This document shows, in pieces, positions 9,224 through 19,962 of a DNA stretch of 64,000 nucleotides; position 1 is the first letter of the stretch; each line of letters starts with the position of its first letter. Source of the stretch: Nitrosopumilus sp. (GTDB lineage: Archaea > Thermoproteota > Nitrososphaeria > Nitrososphaerales > Nitrosopumilaceae); assembly GCA_965205425.1 (NCBI GenBank), contig CBDBGZ010000009.1:192001-256000 (forward strand). Direction: 5' to 3'. Both the position numbers and the translations under genes were made by a program. Under the pieces are notes generated by a model, which was not told the origin of the DNA, did no database searches, and saw nothing but the letters and a program-made list of their open reading frames with translations.

Positions 9224-9377
9224 TAGGCAGATACTTCTAGGCAGATTATCCATCAATGCACAACACGCCTAAAGTAATCACTTTTCGATAAAAGTATCTG
9301 CCTACGGTATCTGCCTAGATCAAAAAAATGCGTTATGCACCCCTTATACACCCTAAAATGTTGTATAACACGCCTAA
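9224..9377. repeat. Paired inverted iterons TAGGCAGAT x2 / ATCTGCCTA x2 and direct repeat AACACGCCTAA x2
   Basis: 9224, 9238 versus 9294, 9307; 9262 and 9367. Confidence 0.75.
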
Positions 9378-9394
9378 TAATGTCTAATAGTTAT

Positions 9395-9906
9395 TTTCTA
9401 GAACTGAATGGGATGAAGTTCCATTATTTTTTAAAAAAATTAGAGAAAAGTGTGATGTGATATTAATTCCGGGAAATCATGATGCCAATATTCAAAGACT
9501 AGTTCCAGAAAACATTTCAATGATTAGTTCAACTGGAATGGTTGAAGAGAACATTCTGTTAACTCACGGTCATACTTTACCATCAGAGAATTTTTCACAT
9601 GTGGATAAAATCATCATGGGACATCTTCATCCAGTATTTTTTCAAGAAGATTCCATAATAAACGGTCAAAGGGTTTGGGTTTCAATTAAAACTGAAAAAG
9701 AAAATATTTTTCCAAACAAAACAGGAGAAATTGAAATAACTATCATCCCATCATTTAACAAATATTTTTACGCAACTCATAGAAAGCAATACAAAAAATC
9801 CATTTCCCCAATAATTAATAAAATTAAAGAGATGTCCAAAGCGAAAATCATAACATTGGATGGAACAATAATTGGGAACGAATCAAATATCAAACAAGTG
9901 ATTTAA
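9395..9906 (+). pseudogene. 3' part of a metallophosphoesterase interrupted by the integrated element
   Basis: SRTEWDEVPLFF...IPGNHD, THGH and GHLHP motifs present; N-terminal DxH/GD motifs absent. Confidence 0.8.
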
Positions 9907-9940
9907 TCAAATTGTTTTTGTTTCTAGAGTTCCCTTCATA

Positions 9941-10071
9941 TAGCGAGAAGCATATGTTCATGAACTATTTTCAAGGTGTTTCAGATTGTTTATTCGTATT
10001 TACCTTAGGTAAAATCATCTAATCTCTAGTTTTTTGATGATTTTTAGTTCACGAACTTTATCTTTTCGCTA
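9941..10071. mobile_element. 131-bp IS630-derived MITE
   Basis: TAGCGA...TCGCTA ends with TA duplication; identical to 15808-15938; right end matches the IS630 end at 23620. Confidence 0.9.
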
Positions 10072-10492
10072 TAGCACAGTTTGGGCATCTTTCTGATTTG
10101 GTCCAAGTTTTCACAGTTTTTGAATATGAAATACGAACTTCATAGGAATACCCACAATTTTGACACAATACATTAGACGAATAGCTGCTTTTATTCCAAT
10201 CATCATTTGGTTCACGAGTAAACTTGGAAATTAAATCTCTGCCCTTGTCAGATATTCTATAGAGAGTTAAATCATGAAATCCAGGTTTGTCATCAAATGG
10301 AATTCTTTGTACAAGACTATTTTCATCTAAAAAAACTAAAATGTCTTTTAGTTTAAATTCTGCAATCTTTATTTTTACAAAATTTTTCTTTACATTATTT
10401 TTTAGATGAATAAAACGAATTCCATCAGCATCAAATTTCTCAATTTTACTAAGAACTTCATCTAGTTCATCATCAGAGAATTTTTTTGCCAT
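10058..10492 (-). CDS. wHTH-like protein with C-terminal Zn ribbon
   Basis: CQNC...CPNC; stop codon supplied by the MITE. Confidence 0.6.
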   Translation of the reverse strand: MAKKFSDDELDEVLSKIEKFDADGIRFIHLKNNVKKNFVKIKIAEFKLKDILVFLDENSLVQRIPFDDKPGFHDLTLYRISDKGRDLISKFTREPNDDWNKSSYSSNVLCQNCGYSYEVRISYSKTVKTWTKSERCPNCAIAKR

Positions 10493-10529
10493 GTTATTTT
10501 ATAGAATACTTGTGTTTATGTTTTTAAAA

Positions 10530-13500
10530 TTATTCATATTCATCATAAGGTTCTATAGGATCTTTGGTTGTTTCATTATCTCTTAACCATTCTAATGTTT
10601 TAACAAAAGAATCAGCCAATTCTATGGTCGTAAGAACTGGAATTCCCAATTCCAAAGATTTACGTCTAATTTGGTATTCATCATCAAGCATTCCAACGTA
10701 TTTTTCTAAAGTAGAAGTACTTGGAATATTTATGATGAAATCTATTTTTCGGTCATACAATAAATCAGAAATATTTGGTTTTCTGTCAGGTTCAGATATT
10801 TTATGAACAATTTCTACTTCACCAATTTTTTCTTCAAAAAATTCTGCAGTATGTTCAGTTGCCAGAATTTTAAATCCTAATTGTTTTAGCTTGGCAATTG
10901 ATGCTACAAGTTTTTCTTTATTTTGTGCACCACCTACAGTAACAAGAGCAGTTCCTGTTGCGGGAAGATTGTATCCAACAGAAGTCAATCCTTTGGATAA
11001 AGCATCATAGAAACTATTTCCAAAGCATGCAGCTTCACCAGTAGATTGCATTTCAACTCCAAGTGCAATATCAGCACCATCAAGTGCCATAAATGAGAAT
11101 TGTGGAACCTTTATTCCATAATTGTGGATTTTTTGCCACTTGTTTTCGGGGATTTTAGGCAAAGGTTTGTCCAAAATTGCTCTGGAAGCTAAGGAAATCA
11201 GATTGGTTTTAACTAATTTTGAAACAAATGGCATGGAACGTGATGCTCTGATATTCAATTCAATTACATAGACATGATCATCGTGGACTAAAAATTGTAG
11301 ATTAAAGGGGCCTTTAACATTAAATGTTAGAGCAATTTTTTTAGTGTATTCATTTATTGTATCAATTGTTTTGTTACTAAGACGCCATGGTGGAATACAC
11401 ATCATTGCATCTCCAGAATGAACACCAGCACTATCAATATGCTCAACTATAGCACCAATTACAACTTCTTTGCCATTACTAATTCCATCTACATCAACTT
11501 CAAGTGAATTTAACATGAATTTAGAAATTACAACTGGATGATCGGGGGAAACATCAGTAGCTTCTTTGACATATGTTTTTAATTCATCTTGAGACCAAAC
11601 AACTTTCATTGCAGCCCCTGACAAAACATAGGAAGGTCTAACAATTACAGGGAACCCAACATCTTGTGCAAAACTTCTTGCTTCACTAAGATTTGAAAAG
11701 GCTTGCCATCTAGGTTGTTGAATGTGAAGTTTATCAAGTTCTGCACTGAATTTTGAACGGTCTTCAGCTCTATCGACATCATGGGCAGTAGTTCCCATAA
11801 TATTAATTCCATGTTCTGCAAGTCCAGGAGTTAAATTATTTGCAGTTTGTCCACCAACGCATGTAATTACACCTTTAGGGTTTTCAAAGTCAGAAATATC
11901 AAGTAGTCTTTCTTGGGTAATTTCTTCAAAGTATAATCTTGTACAAATATCATAATCAGTAGAAACAGTTTCAGGATTACAGTTAACCACTGAAACATTT
12001 TTTTCACCATTTTCTTGCAAACCCCAAACCATGTTTACAGTTCCCCAATCAAATTCAACACTGCTACCAATTCTATATGGACCAGCACCTACCACAACTA
12101 CAGCTTTTTCATCAGATGGGATTTGAATGTCATTGGAATATCCTCCATATGTCATATACAGATAGTTAGTTACGGCAGGCCATTCTGCTGCAAGCGTATC
12201 AATTTGTTTAACTGCAGGCACAACACCCATCTTCTTGCGCAAATTACGTATCTCATCAGGGGTTTTTTCGGTGGCTCTAGCAATCTGTTTATCTGCAAAG
12301 CCCAATTGCTTGGCATCACGCATCAAGGGTTCATCAAGAGTTTTAGATTTTATTTTAGTCTCCATTTCTACAATATTTTTGATTTTCTCAACAAACCAAG
12401 GATCAATAGATGATAATGTGTAAATTTTATCAACTGAAATTCTCATCTTCAATGCAATTACAACATTATACAAAATCTTGTCATCATGATGAGATAATTT
12501 TTCTTCAATCTCTTCTTCAGTATAGGATTTACCAGTTGTACGATTCAATACCAATCCATCATTTCCAATATCTAACATTCGAATTGCTTTTTGTAAAGAT
12601 TCTTCAAATGTTCTGCCAACTGCCATTACTTCACCAACAGATTTCATAGTAGGACCAAGTTTTGGATTTACAAGTTCAAATTTTGAAAAGTCCCATCTAG
12701 GATGTTTACATACAATGTAATCAAGTGAAGGTTCGAAACATGCAGTAGTATTTTTTGTAATTCTGTTTACCAGTTCAGATAAATTATAACCTAATCCAAT
12801 CTTTGCAGACATGTATGCAAGTGGATATCCTGTCGCTTTACTTGCAAGAGCAGAAGAACGAGAAAGTCTAGGGTTAATTTCAATGGCAACAAATCTATCA
12901 GAATCAGTATCAAGAGCATATTGAATATTGCATTCACCAACTATTCCAACATGTTTGGTTGCACGCAAACCAGCTGTACGTAACATATGATATTCATTAT
13001 TGTTAATTGTTTGAGAAGGAGCAACTACAATGTTATCACCAGTGTGAACTTTCATGGAAAGAACATTTTCCATATTACATACAATTACATTATTTCCATC
13101 ATAATCTTGCATAATCTCATATTCAATTTGTTTCCATTGACCAATGTATTCCTCAACTAGAACTTGGCCAACCATGGATGCTTTGATTCCTCTTTCAACA
13201 ATTTCATGAAGTTCAATTTCATTGTGAGCAACACCTCCACCTCTACCTCCAAGAGTATATGCCACACGAACAATTACAGGATAAGTAAGTTCTTCAGCAA
13301 TCTTTTTGGCATCTTCAAAATTGGTGACAGTTTTACTTTTGAGTACGGGTACACCACATTCCTTCATGGAGTCTTTGAAAAGCTGCCTATCCTCAGTTCT
13401 TTGAATTCCTGGAATCTGGGTTCCAAGTACATTTACACCATATTTTTGCAAAATTCCAGCTTCTTCTAGTTTGACTCCACAATTCAAAGCCGTTTGTCCA

Positions 13501-13772
13501 CCATATGCCAACATGATTCCATCAGGTCTTTCTTTTTCAATAATAGATTCTACATAATCAGGAGTTACAGGTAAAAGATAGACTTGGTCTGCAAATCTAG
13601 TATCAGTTTGGATAGTTGCAATATTTGGATTGATTAGAACACTGTTGATTCCATCTTCATGAATTGCTTTAAGACACTGACTTCCAGAATAATCAAATTC
13701 ACCAGCTTCACCAATTTTAATCGCACCACTTCCCAACACAAGGATTTTCTTTAGAGATTCATTTTTTGGCAT
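10530..13772 (-). CDS. carB: Carbamoyl-phosphate synthase large subunit
   Basis: GSGAIKIGEAGEFDYSG; duplicated ATP-grasp domains; MGS domain. Confidence 0.98.
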   Translation of the reverse strand: MPKNESLKKILVLGSGAIKIGEAGEFDYSGSQCLKAIHEDGINSVLINPNIATIQTDTRFADQVYLLPVTPDYVESIIEKERPDGIMLAYGGQTALNCGVKLEEAGILQKYGVNVLGTQIPGIQRTEDRQLFKDSMKECGVPVLKSKTVTNFEDAKKIAEELTYPVIVRVAYTLGGRGGGVAHNEIELHEIVERGIKASMVGQVLVEEYIGQWKQIEYEIMQDYDGNNVIVCNMENVLSMKVHTGDNIVVAPSQTINNNEYHMLRTAGLRATKHVGIVGECNIQYALDTDSDRFVAIEINPRLSRSSALASKATGYPLAYMSAKIGLGYNLSELVNRITKNTTACFEPSLDYIVCKHPRWDFSKFELVNPKLGPTMKSVGEVMAVGRTFEESLQKAIRMLDIGNDGLVLNRTTGKSYTEEEIEEKLSHHDDKILYNVVIALKMRISVDKIYTLSSIDPWFVEKIKNIVEMETKIKSKTLDEPLMRDAKQLGFADKQIARATEKTPDEIRNLRKKMGVVPAVKQIDTLAAEWPAVTNYLYMTYGGYSNDIQIPSDEKAVVVVGAGPYRIGSSVEFDWGTVNMVWGLQENGEKNVSVVNCNPETVSTDYDICTRLYFEEITQERLLDISDFENPKGVITCVGGQTANNLTPGLAEHGINIMGTTAHDVDRAEDRSKFSAELDKLHIQQPRWQAFSNLSEARSFAQDVGFPVIVRPSYVLSGAAMKVVWSQDELKTYVKEATDVSPDHPVVISKFMLNSLEVDVDGISNGKEVVIGAIVEHIDSAGVHSGDAMMCIPPWRLSNKTIDTINEYTKKIALTFNVKGPFNLQFLVHDDHVYVIELNIRASRSMPFVSKLVKTNLISLASRAILDKPLPKIPENKWQKIHNYGIKVPQFSFMALDGADIALGVEMQSTGEAACFGNSFYDALSKGLTSVGYNLPATGTALVTVGGAQNKEKLVASIAKLKQLGFKILATEHTAEFFEEKIGEVEIVHKISEPDRKPNISDLLYDRKIDFIINIPSTSTLEKYVGMLDDEYQIRRKSLELGIPVLTTIELADSFVKTLEWLRDNETTKDPIEPYDEYE

Positions 13773-14913
13773 TACTTTTCTCCATCATTTGTTTTAGTTC
13801 ATCAAATACAAATTTACAATCATATGGGCCAGGTGCAGCTTCAGGGTGAAACTGTACTGCAACACAATTTTGTTTTTTGTGTTTTATTCCTTCAACTGTT
13901 TTATCATCTGCATTAGTAAACCATAATTTGAAATCAGATTTTTCAATAGATTCTGGAGTTATTCCATATCCATGGTTTTGACTAGTAACATATACTTGAT
14001 CATTTTCTAAATTAATACAAGGTTTATTTTGTCCTCGATGTCCATATTTGAGTTTATAAGTTTCAGTATTTCCTGCAATACCAATTATTTGTGCTCCCAA
14101 ACAAATTCCTAATGTTGGAACATTGTTCTCAATTAGTTTTTTCGCAGTATCAATTGTATCAGGGCATTTCTGAGGATCACCAGGTCCACTACTCAATATA
14201 ACACCTTTAGGATTGTAAGACATTATTTTTTCATAATGAGTATTCCAAGGAACTAAAATTACTTTGTAACCAAGTTCACGAACATTTCTTAAAATTGCAT
14301 TCTTTGCACCAGTATCAATTACAACCACGGATTTATCACCATCACCATAAACCTGTTCTTCTTTTGTAGATACTTCATCCATGAATTGCTCAGAATCATA
14401 ATGTTTTGCAGATTTTAGTTGTTCTTTTACAGATTCAACATCAATTTCAGTATCAGAAACTACAAGAGCTGCCATCATAACTCCACTAGTTCGAAGTTTT
14501 TTTGTTAATTCACGGGTGTCAATTCCAGAAATTCCTGGAACCTTTTCATTATTCATCCATTCATCCAAGGTCATTGTAAGATTCCAATGACTTGCAGTCA
14601 ACGATAATTCATGTACGACCAAACCACGAATTTGCATTTTATTTGATTCAAAGAATTTTGGGATTCCATCATCATCTTTGATTGATGAATCTGGTACACC
14701 ATAATTTCCAACTAAAGGATAGGTTAAAGTCAAAATTTGACCATTGTAAGACGGGTCAGTAAGAGCCTCAGTATAACCAACCATTCCAGTATTGAAGACA
14801 ATTTCTCCAAAAATAGTTGTAGAATAACCAAAACCTTGGCCATCAAGAACAGTACCATCGTCAAAGATCAGTTTTCCAAACTTGTTTGCGTGGTTTGATT
14901 TCTTTGTAGTAAT
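13759..14913 (-). CDS. carA: Carbamoyl-phosphate synthase small subunit
   Basis: GICLG and QFHPE motifs; conserved N-terminus (KLIFDDGTVLDGQGFG...GEIVFNTGM) extends upstream of the track start; probable ATT start at 14913. Confidence 0.95.
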   Translation of the reverse strand: MTTKKSNHANKFGKLIFDDGTVLDGQGFGYSTTIFGEIVFNTGMVGYTEALTDPSYNGQILTLTYPLVGNYGVPDSSIKDDDGIPKFFESNKMQIRGLVVHELSLTASHWNLTMTLDEWMNNEKVPGISGIDTRELTKKLRTSGVMMAALVVSDTEIDVESVKEQLKSAKHYDSEQFMDEVSTKEEQVYGDGDKSVVVIDTGAKNAILRNVRELGYKVILVPWNTHYEKIMSYNPKGVILSSGPGDPQKCPDTIDTAKKLIENNVPTLGICLGAQIIGIAGNTETYKLKYGHRGQNKPCINLENDQVYVTSQNHGYGITPESIEKSDFKLWFTNADDKTVEGIKHKKQNCVAVQFHPEAAPGPYDCKFVFDELKQMMEKSNAKK

Positions 14914-15524
14914 TGTGACCCTCGTTAAGTCCGCAAGAATGTGAATTTAAGTTTTATGTGAAAATAAAATCCAAGAAATTGATCGCTAATCTACAAAATA
15001 TGAAATAAAATTACAGATCATGTTCATCTACATACTACGCTGATTTATTTAGTATGAAAATAAGAAAAAACATTGAGAACAGGAATCATTAGAGATATTT
15101 TCATTCATCCAAAAAAACATTAACAGAAATTGATGAAAATTCAGAAAAATATTTTGTCCCAGCAATAGGTGTTTTAATTTTCTTAGCAATATCAGCAATG
15201 ATCGGAGAAATCAGCGGAATATGGGATGGGATGTATGGTGAAGAAACAGTGAAAGAACCAATTGAATATTCATATAATTGGATAGTCACCATAAGTTCGG
15301 CATTTTTAGGTACAGGTCTAATGCTATGGGTTGCAAGGAAAATATACCAAGTTGAAACAACATACAAAAGAATATTTTCAACACTTCAATTTGCAGGATT
15401 ACCATATTCAATACTAAGTATTCCAGTATCAATTATCCTAGGATTTTATCTAACAAATACAGCACAAGAAATGAATTTAGAATTTGCATATAATTTACTA
15501 ATAACCCCATTTCTAATGTTAGTA

Positions 15525-15655
15525 TAACGACGATCAAAAGTTCATGAGTTGTTTTTAGGGGTTTCAATTTGTTTATTCGTATTTACCTATAGGTAGGATC
15601 AACTGATTTCTAGTTTTTTGAAATTATTTAGTTCACAAACTTTGTCTTTTCGCTA
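15525..15655. mobile_element. 131-bp IS630-derived MITE, diverged variant
   Basis: TAACGACGATCAAAAGTTC...TCGCTA; TA TSD. Confidence 0.85.
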
Positions 15656-15807
15656 TACCACTTTGGATACATCTAGTAATTTTATCGATCATTGCAGCAA
15701 AACAAAGTTTCCAATTAAGCACAACACAAGTTATTGTGGTATGGATAGTAAGCGGTATTATTGCAGTGGGTGTTTTCATACCCATAGGAATTGTATTGGG
15801 AGTACTA

Positions 15808-15938
15808 TAGCGAGAAGCATATGTTCATGAACTATTTTCAAGGTGTTTCAGATTGTTTATTCGTATTTACCTTAGGTAAAATCATCTAATCTCTAGTTTT
15901 TTGATGATTTTTAGTTCACGAACTTTATCTTTTCGCTA
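15808..15938. mobile_element. 131-bp IS630-derived MITE
   Basis: Identical to 9941-10071; TA TSD. Confidence 0.9.
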
Positions 15939-15975
15939 TAGGAGCTTTTAACGTATTTTAAAATAATTTAGCAAT

Positions 15976-17169
15976 CTAAAGTGCTTGGAACTCTTCGCTC
16001 CACTTGTGATAAGCACGAATCATCTCAGTTGAAACACTAGGTTTTCTTCTTTCCATAATATTTTTGAAATCAGCTGTTGTAAGAGCTCTTGGTTGAACTG
16101 GTTCTTCACCTTCAACAGGTTCATGATAATCAGGAGAATCAAAAATTTCATGAACAGTTTTAATCTGTGCTGCTTGACAAACATCTTTGATGTCACTTGC
16201 ACTATAACCATCAAATATTTTTGCGAGTTCACGATTATTTACATTAAGATTTTTACTCAAAGGAGCAGTATATTGTTCAAAGAGATTTTCTCTAGCTGCT
16301 TGTGTAGGTAAGGATACATAGATTCTCTTTTGGAATCTTCTAAGGAAGGGCCAATCAAGACTCCAAGGTTTGTTTGTTGCACCAATGACATACAACATCA
16401 AATCTTTTCCTTTTCCGTTTACTCCATCCATTTCAGTTAAAAATTGATTTTTAGTTCTAACTTCTCCACCGACTTCACTATTTCTAGAACCTAATAGAGA
16501 ATCAACCTCATCTACAAACAAAATAACTGGTTTGCCTTCCTTCTCAGCATATTGTCTTGCCATAGAGAATAATTTTGAAACATTCTTTTCTGCTTCACCT
16601 AACCATTTGCTCATCATAGATGATGCATCAACATTAATGAAATAACCATCCATTTCATTTGCAGTAGCTGCTGCAAGCATAGTTTTTCCGGTTCCTGGTG
16701 GCCCATACAACAACATGCCTTTTGGCCATCCAAGTGGAAACAAATCAGGTCTTTTAGTAGGATATACAATAGATTCACGTAATGCACTTTTAGCATCATC
16801 TAAACCAATTACTTGCTCCCAAGTAACATCAGGTTTTTCTTTCATTACTAATTCTTCAAAATCATTTTCATTTTCTTGTCTCTGAACAGATTTCTTTTGA
16901 TCTGATTCAGAAGCTTTTGGATCAACTGCGGGCTCAACACCATGAGCTTGTTGTAATGCTTGAATTCTGCTATGGTAAGAATTACATCGCTCCTTGTAAA
17001 TTTGATTCAATTTACTATTTGGGTATAATTGTAATAATTTCACTAGTGCATCAATTGCTTGCTGATAATGAGTGATTGCCATACCACGGGCACCTTGAGA
17101 ATCAAATTTGATGGCTTCAGAAGCATATTTGCTTGCTGTGTTTTCTAATTCTTGTGGGGCTAAACTCAT
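15976..17169 (-). CDS. cdvC: Vps4-like AAA ATPase (ESCRT cell division)
   Basis: N-terminal MIT domain, GPPGTGKT, FVDEVD, ATNKPW. Confidence 0.92.
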   Translation of the reverse strand: MSLAPQELENTASKYASEAIKFDSQGARGMAITHYQQAIDALVKLLQLYPNSKLNQIYKERCNSYHSRIQALQQAHGVEPAVDPKASESDQKKSVQRQENENDFEELVMKEKPDVTWEQVIGLDDAKSALRESIVYPTKRPDLFPLGWPKGMLLYGPPGTGKTMLAAATANEMDGYFINVDASSMMSKWLGEAEKNVSKLFSMARQYAEKEGKPVILFVDEVDSLLGSRNSEVGGEVRTKNQFLTEMDGVNGKGKDLMLYVIGATNKPWSLDWPFLRRFQKRIYVSLPTQAARENLFEQYTAPLSKNLNVNNRELAKIFDGYSASDIKDVCQAAQIKTVHEIFDSPDYHEPVEGEEPVQPRALTTADFKNIMERRKPSVSTEMIRAYHKWSEEFQAL

Positions 17170-17178
17170 CCTAATTAC

Positions 17179-17694
17179 CTACGCAGTATCTTCTCGAGAA
17201 TTTTGTTGGTATTCTACGGTGTTAATCTCTGTCACAAAATTGGTTAAATTAATTGGACTCGTTTCGTGTTCATTGTAATCAGGTCCATCATGATATTTTT
17301 TTTTAAAATCAGATTTTTCAGAGATATGAGTATGCATATCCTTAACCTTGTTAATAGAGTCCTCAGCAGACATAATTAATTCAGAAACTTCATCATCTAA
17401 ATCCCCCAGAGAATCAGCAGTCTCAGTGATTATTGAAGTGAAATGCTTTAGAATTGAGCGCATTTCTTTTTTATCAGCATATTTACACATCATAAAATTA
17501 GCAATACCTACAATTTTATCTAAATCCTGTAATTCCTCTAAAGAAAGTTTGTCAATTTTTGAATCATCTGAAGATTTAGCCTCAGATAATTTTTTATCAA
17601 TTTTTGAAGAGATGGATCTAATACGGTCTACATCTTTTGAAAAATTTCGTTTTTGATTTAACATATCAAGTATTGCATAATTTGAAAAAATCAA
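17179..17694 (-). CDS. Helical hypothetical protein in the cdvC cluster
   Basis: Coiled-coil ORF adjacent to cdvC. Confidence 0.7.
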   Translation of the reverse strand: MIFSNYAILDMLNQKRNFSKDVDRIRSISSKIDKKLSEAKSSDDSKIDKLSLEELQDLDKIVGIANFMMCKYADKKEMRSILKHFTSIITETADSLGDLDDEVSELIMSAEDSINKVKDMHTHISEKSDFKKKYHDGPDYNEHETSPINLTNFVTEINTVEYQQNSREDTA

Positions 17695-18229
17695 GATTAG
17701 GATACTGCTTATTTAATTTAGAGCCTACCATCAATTTTACTTCATTAAGTGAAGTTGAAGATTTACCATTTGATTGACTGAAATCAAATCTTGCAGTAGT
17801 AAGTGCAGCTGAATCAAGCACAATACTACCTAAATGTACAGATATTTCAGATAATTTTTGACTGCAACTTGGAATAATATCAAACAATTGTGCACTAACA
17901 GTTCTAATCATAGGAATTGAAGGAGGAAGAATTTCTGGAATACTACCTACATTAGAAATATGTTTCATGTTCTTTTTTACGTGGAGAAGAATTTCCAGAG
18001 AGTAGGTTACAAGATGTTCAAGTTTCAAGGAGTCCATCATAGTTTTATCTGATTCATCAAAGTCATGAACTAATTCTTTGTTTGTTTCTTTTAGTTTGGA
18101 TTGTTTTTCTTTAAGAGTGTCAATTATCTCATCTAATAGATTTACAGAATATTCTAATCTAGGAACTAGAGTAACGGAATGCGAAATATTTTCAATTTCT
18201 AATGGATTTACACTACATTTTACCAACAT
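17666..18229 (-). CDS. Divergent ESCRT-III/CdvB-like coiled-coil protein
   Basis: Helical pattern and position upstream of cdvC; family assignment is inference. Confidence 0.55.
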   Translation of the reverse strand: MLVKCSVNPLEIENISHSVTLVPRLEYSVNLLDEIIDTLKEKQSKLKETNKELVHDFDESDKTMMDSLKLEHLVTYSLEILLHVKKNMKHISNVGSIPEILPPSIPMIRTVSAQLFDIIPSCSQKLSEISVHLGSIVLDSAALTTARFDFSQSNGKSSTSLNEVKLMVGSKLNKQYPNLDFFKLCNT

Positions 18230-18388
18230 ACCAAATAGAACTTCTAGATTTCATATATCAGGACGGTGTATCAAATAATTTAGTAACCACAGTTACACCC
18301 ATCAGCAGATACATTTTTGATTTTTTTTGAGTATTTGTGTAAAGGAATTTAGCTCTCAATTTTACCTAATAACAAATCAAGGATAATC

Positions 18389-19549
18389 ATGGTAAATGAG
18401 CACGTTTTGACAGTAAGTTTAGAAGAATTTGGATTAAGCAAGTATGAAGCACAGGCATATGTTGCTTTGATTGCAAAGGGTACAATTTCAGCAAGTGAAT
18501 TAGCATATTATTCTGAAATTCCAAGAACCAAAATTTATCCAACGTTGTTAAAATTAGAAAGTAAAAAACTGGTTATTATTTCAAAAAGTAAACCAATAAT
18601 GTGTACAGCAATTGCACCAGAAGATGCGTTTGATGGAATTATTCATGAGCAGATCAATAAAGTAAACGCAATGAATACACTAATTTCAAATTTAAAGAAA
18701 GCAAGTGAGGAGAGTAGAAAATCAAGAGGTTCTGAAGAAAAAAGATATTTTCATTTGAGTGCAAATAATGTATTACCTCAACTTCAAACAATGATTGAAG
18801 GTTCAAAATCATCAATTAAGATTATGACAGATCAGTGGGGATTTGGATTGTTGGCAGAATGTAAAGAACAGTTATTGTCAGTACTACGTCGTAATTTAGA
18901 CGTCAAATTGTTAGTATCACCATCACAAATTTGTTCTGAAGCATATAGAGCAATTCCAGACGATGTTGAAATTAGAGCATCAGAAATTACACAGAATTGT
19001 TTTATTTTTGATGAGACAGAATTGTTAATGGTAAATAATGAGAATGGAAAAGGAGCCACTTTTTCATCAACTGAAATTCTAGGAGTAAATCAAGAAAGAA
19101 TATTTTCAAATATTTGGAAAAATTCAATAAAAACAAAAGCTCTTGCAGACATGACAAAAGCAGAAGCACAAGAAATTTACAAAATAATTAAAACAGTCAA
19201 TGAAACAGGGTTATTGCACATTCTAAATTCTACAATGGTTTCAAAAAAATCAGATATAGACATGTTCAAACTTTTAGAAAAGAATGGAATTTCACTCAAA
19301 TCAAAGACACTAGATGATGTTATTGACATCATGGATGCCATAATGCAAATTACCTGTTCAGGACATGTGAATTTTGAGGCAAACACCAAAAATATCACAG
19401 TGGAATCAAAACTAAACAGTGGACATTCACTACCATGGGTATCAATTTTGGACGGATGCCTTCAAAAACAAGGGTACAAAACTAGAACAGTATATCAAAA
19501 CAACTCCAATAAAGGAGAAAAAGTCCTTATCAAAATTTCAAAAAACTAG
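18389..19549 (+). CDS. TrmB family transcriptional regulator
   Basis: FGLSKYEAQAYVAL...IPRTKIYPTL HTH. Confidence 0.9.
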   Translation: MVNEHVLTVSLEEFGLSKYEAQAYVALIAKGTISASELAYYSEIPRTKIYPTLLKLESKKLVIISKSKPIMCTAIAPEDAFDGIIHEQINKVNAMNTLISNLKKASEESRKSRGSEEKRYFHLSANNVLPQLQTMIEGSKSSIKIMTDQWGFGLLAECKEQLLSVLRRNLDVKLLVSPSQICSEAYRAIPDDVEIRASEITQNCFIFDETELLMVNNENGKGATFSSTEILGVNQERIFSNIWKNSIKTKALADMTKAEAQEIYKIIKTVNETGLLHILNSTMVSKKSDIDMFKLLEKNGISLKSKTLDDVIDIMDAIMQITCSGHVNFEANTKNITVESKLNSGHSLPWVSILDGCLQKQGYKTRTVYQNNSNKGEKVLIKISKN

Positions 19550-19962
19550 TCAAGAAAAATATAGTTTGAATAGATTTAGAGTTTTTTCTGAGATTCTTTG
19601 TATGCAATATACGAAATAAAGTCAGATGTACTTTGAAACGGAGTATTACCTCTAAGATTTTTCTCAATATGTGCAGATACTTTATTTGCTAATTTTTGAC
19701 TATCAATCATTTTGATATTCTTGTTGTATCAGTTCAAGAGTCTTAGAATCAAATTTTGCAAAGCATTTGTTCAATTCTTCCTCATCTAATTCTTCATCAT
19801 GAAATAACATGTACTAATTTTAAATTAGGAATTTGATGCACATTACATTAGTAGATAAGAAACATGTACAAAATGCTCAAAATTGTATAGTTTTTGAAGA
19901 AATTCACACCTAGTAATTTTTCAAGGCACCACCAATAAATAATTCCCAATAAGGAACTGATC

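Larger units (their letters stand above)
1..9395. mobile_element. Integrated element, probable spindle-shaped-virus-like provirus (right part; left end outside window)
   Basis: Co-oriented small membrane-protein genes, two-helix capsid-like proteins, Ig-repeat spike, P-loop ATPase and a private repeated intergenic motif; ends where a 5'-truncated host metallophosphoesterase resumes. Confidence 0.75.
15073..15961 (+). pseudogene. Yip1-like membrane protein, frameshifted and split by two MITEs
   Basis: DIFIHPKK start with A-run frameshift; reading continues PLWIHLVIL... between the MITEs and GAFNVF* after them. Confidence 0.65.

Noticed and set aside
1..9395. Casposon
   Set aside because: No cas1 or PolB gene is visible, and the gene content is virion-like
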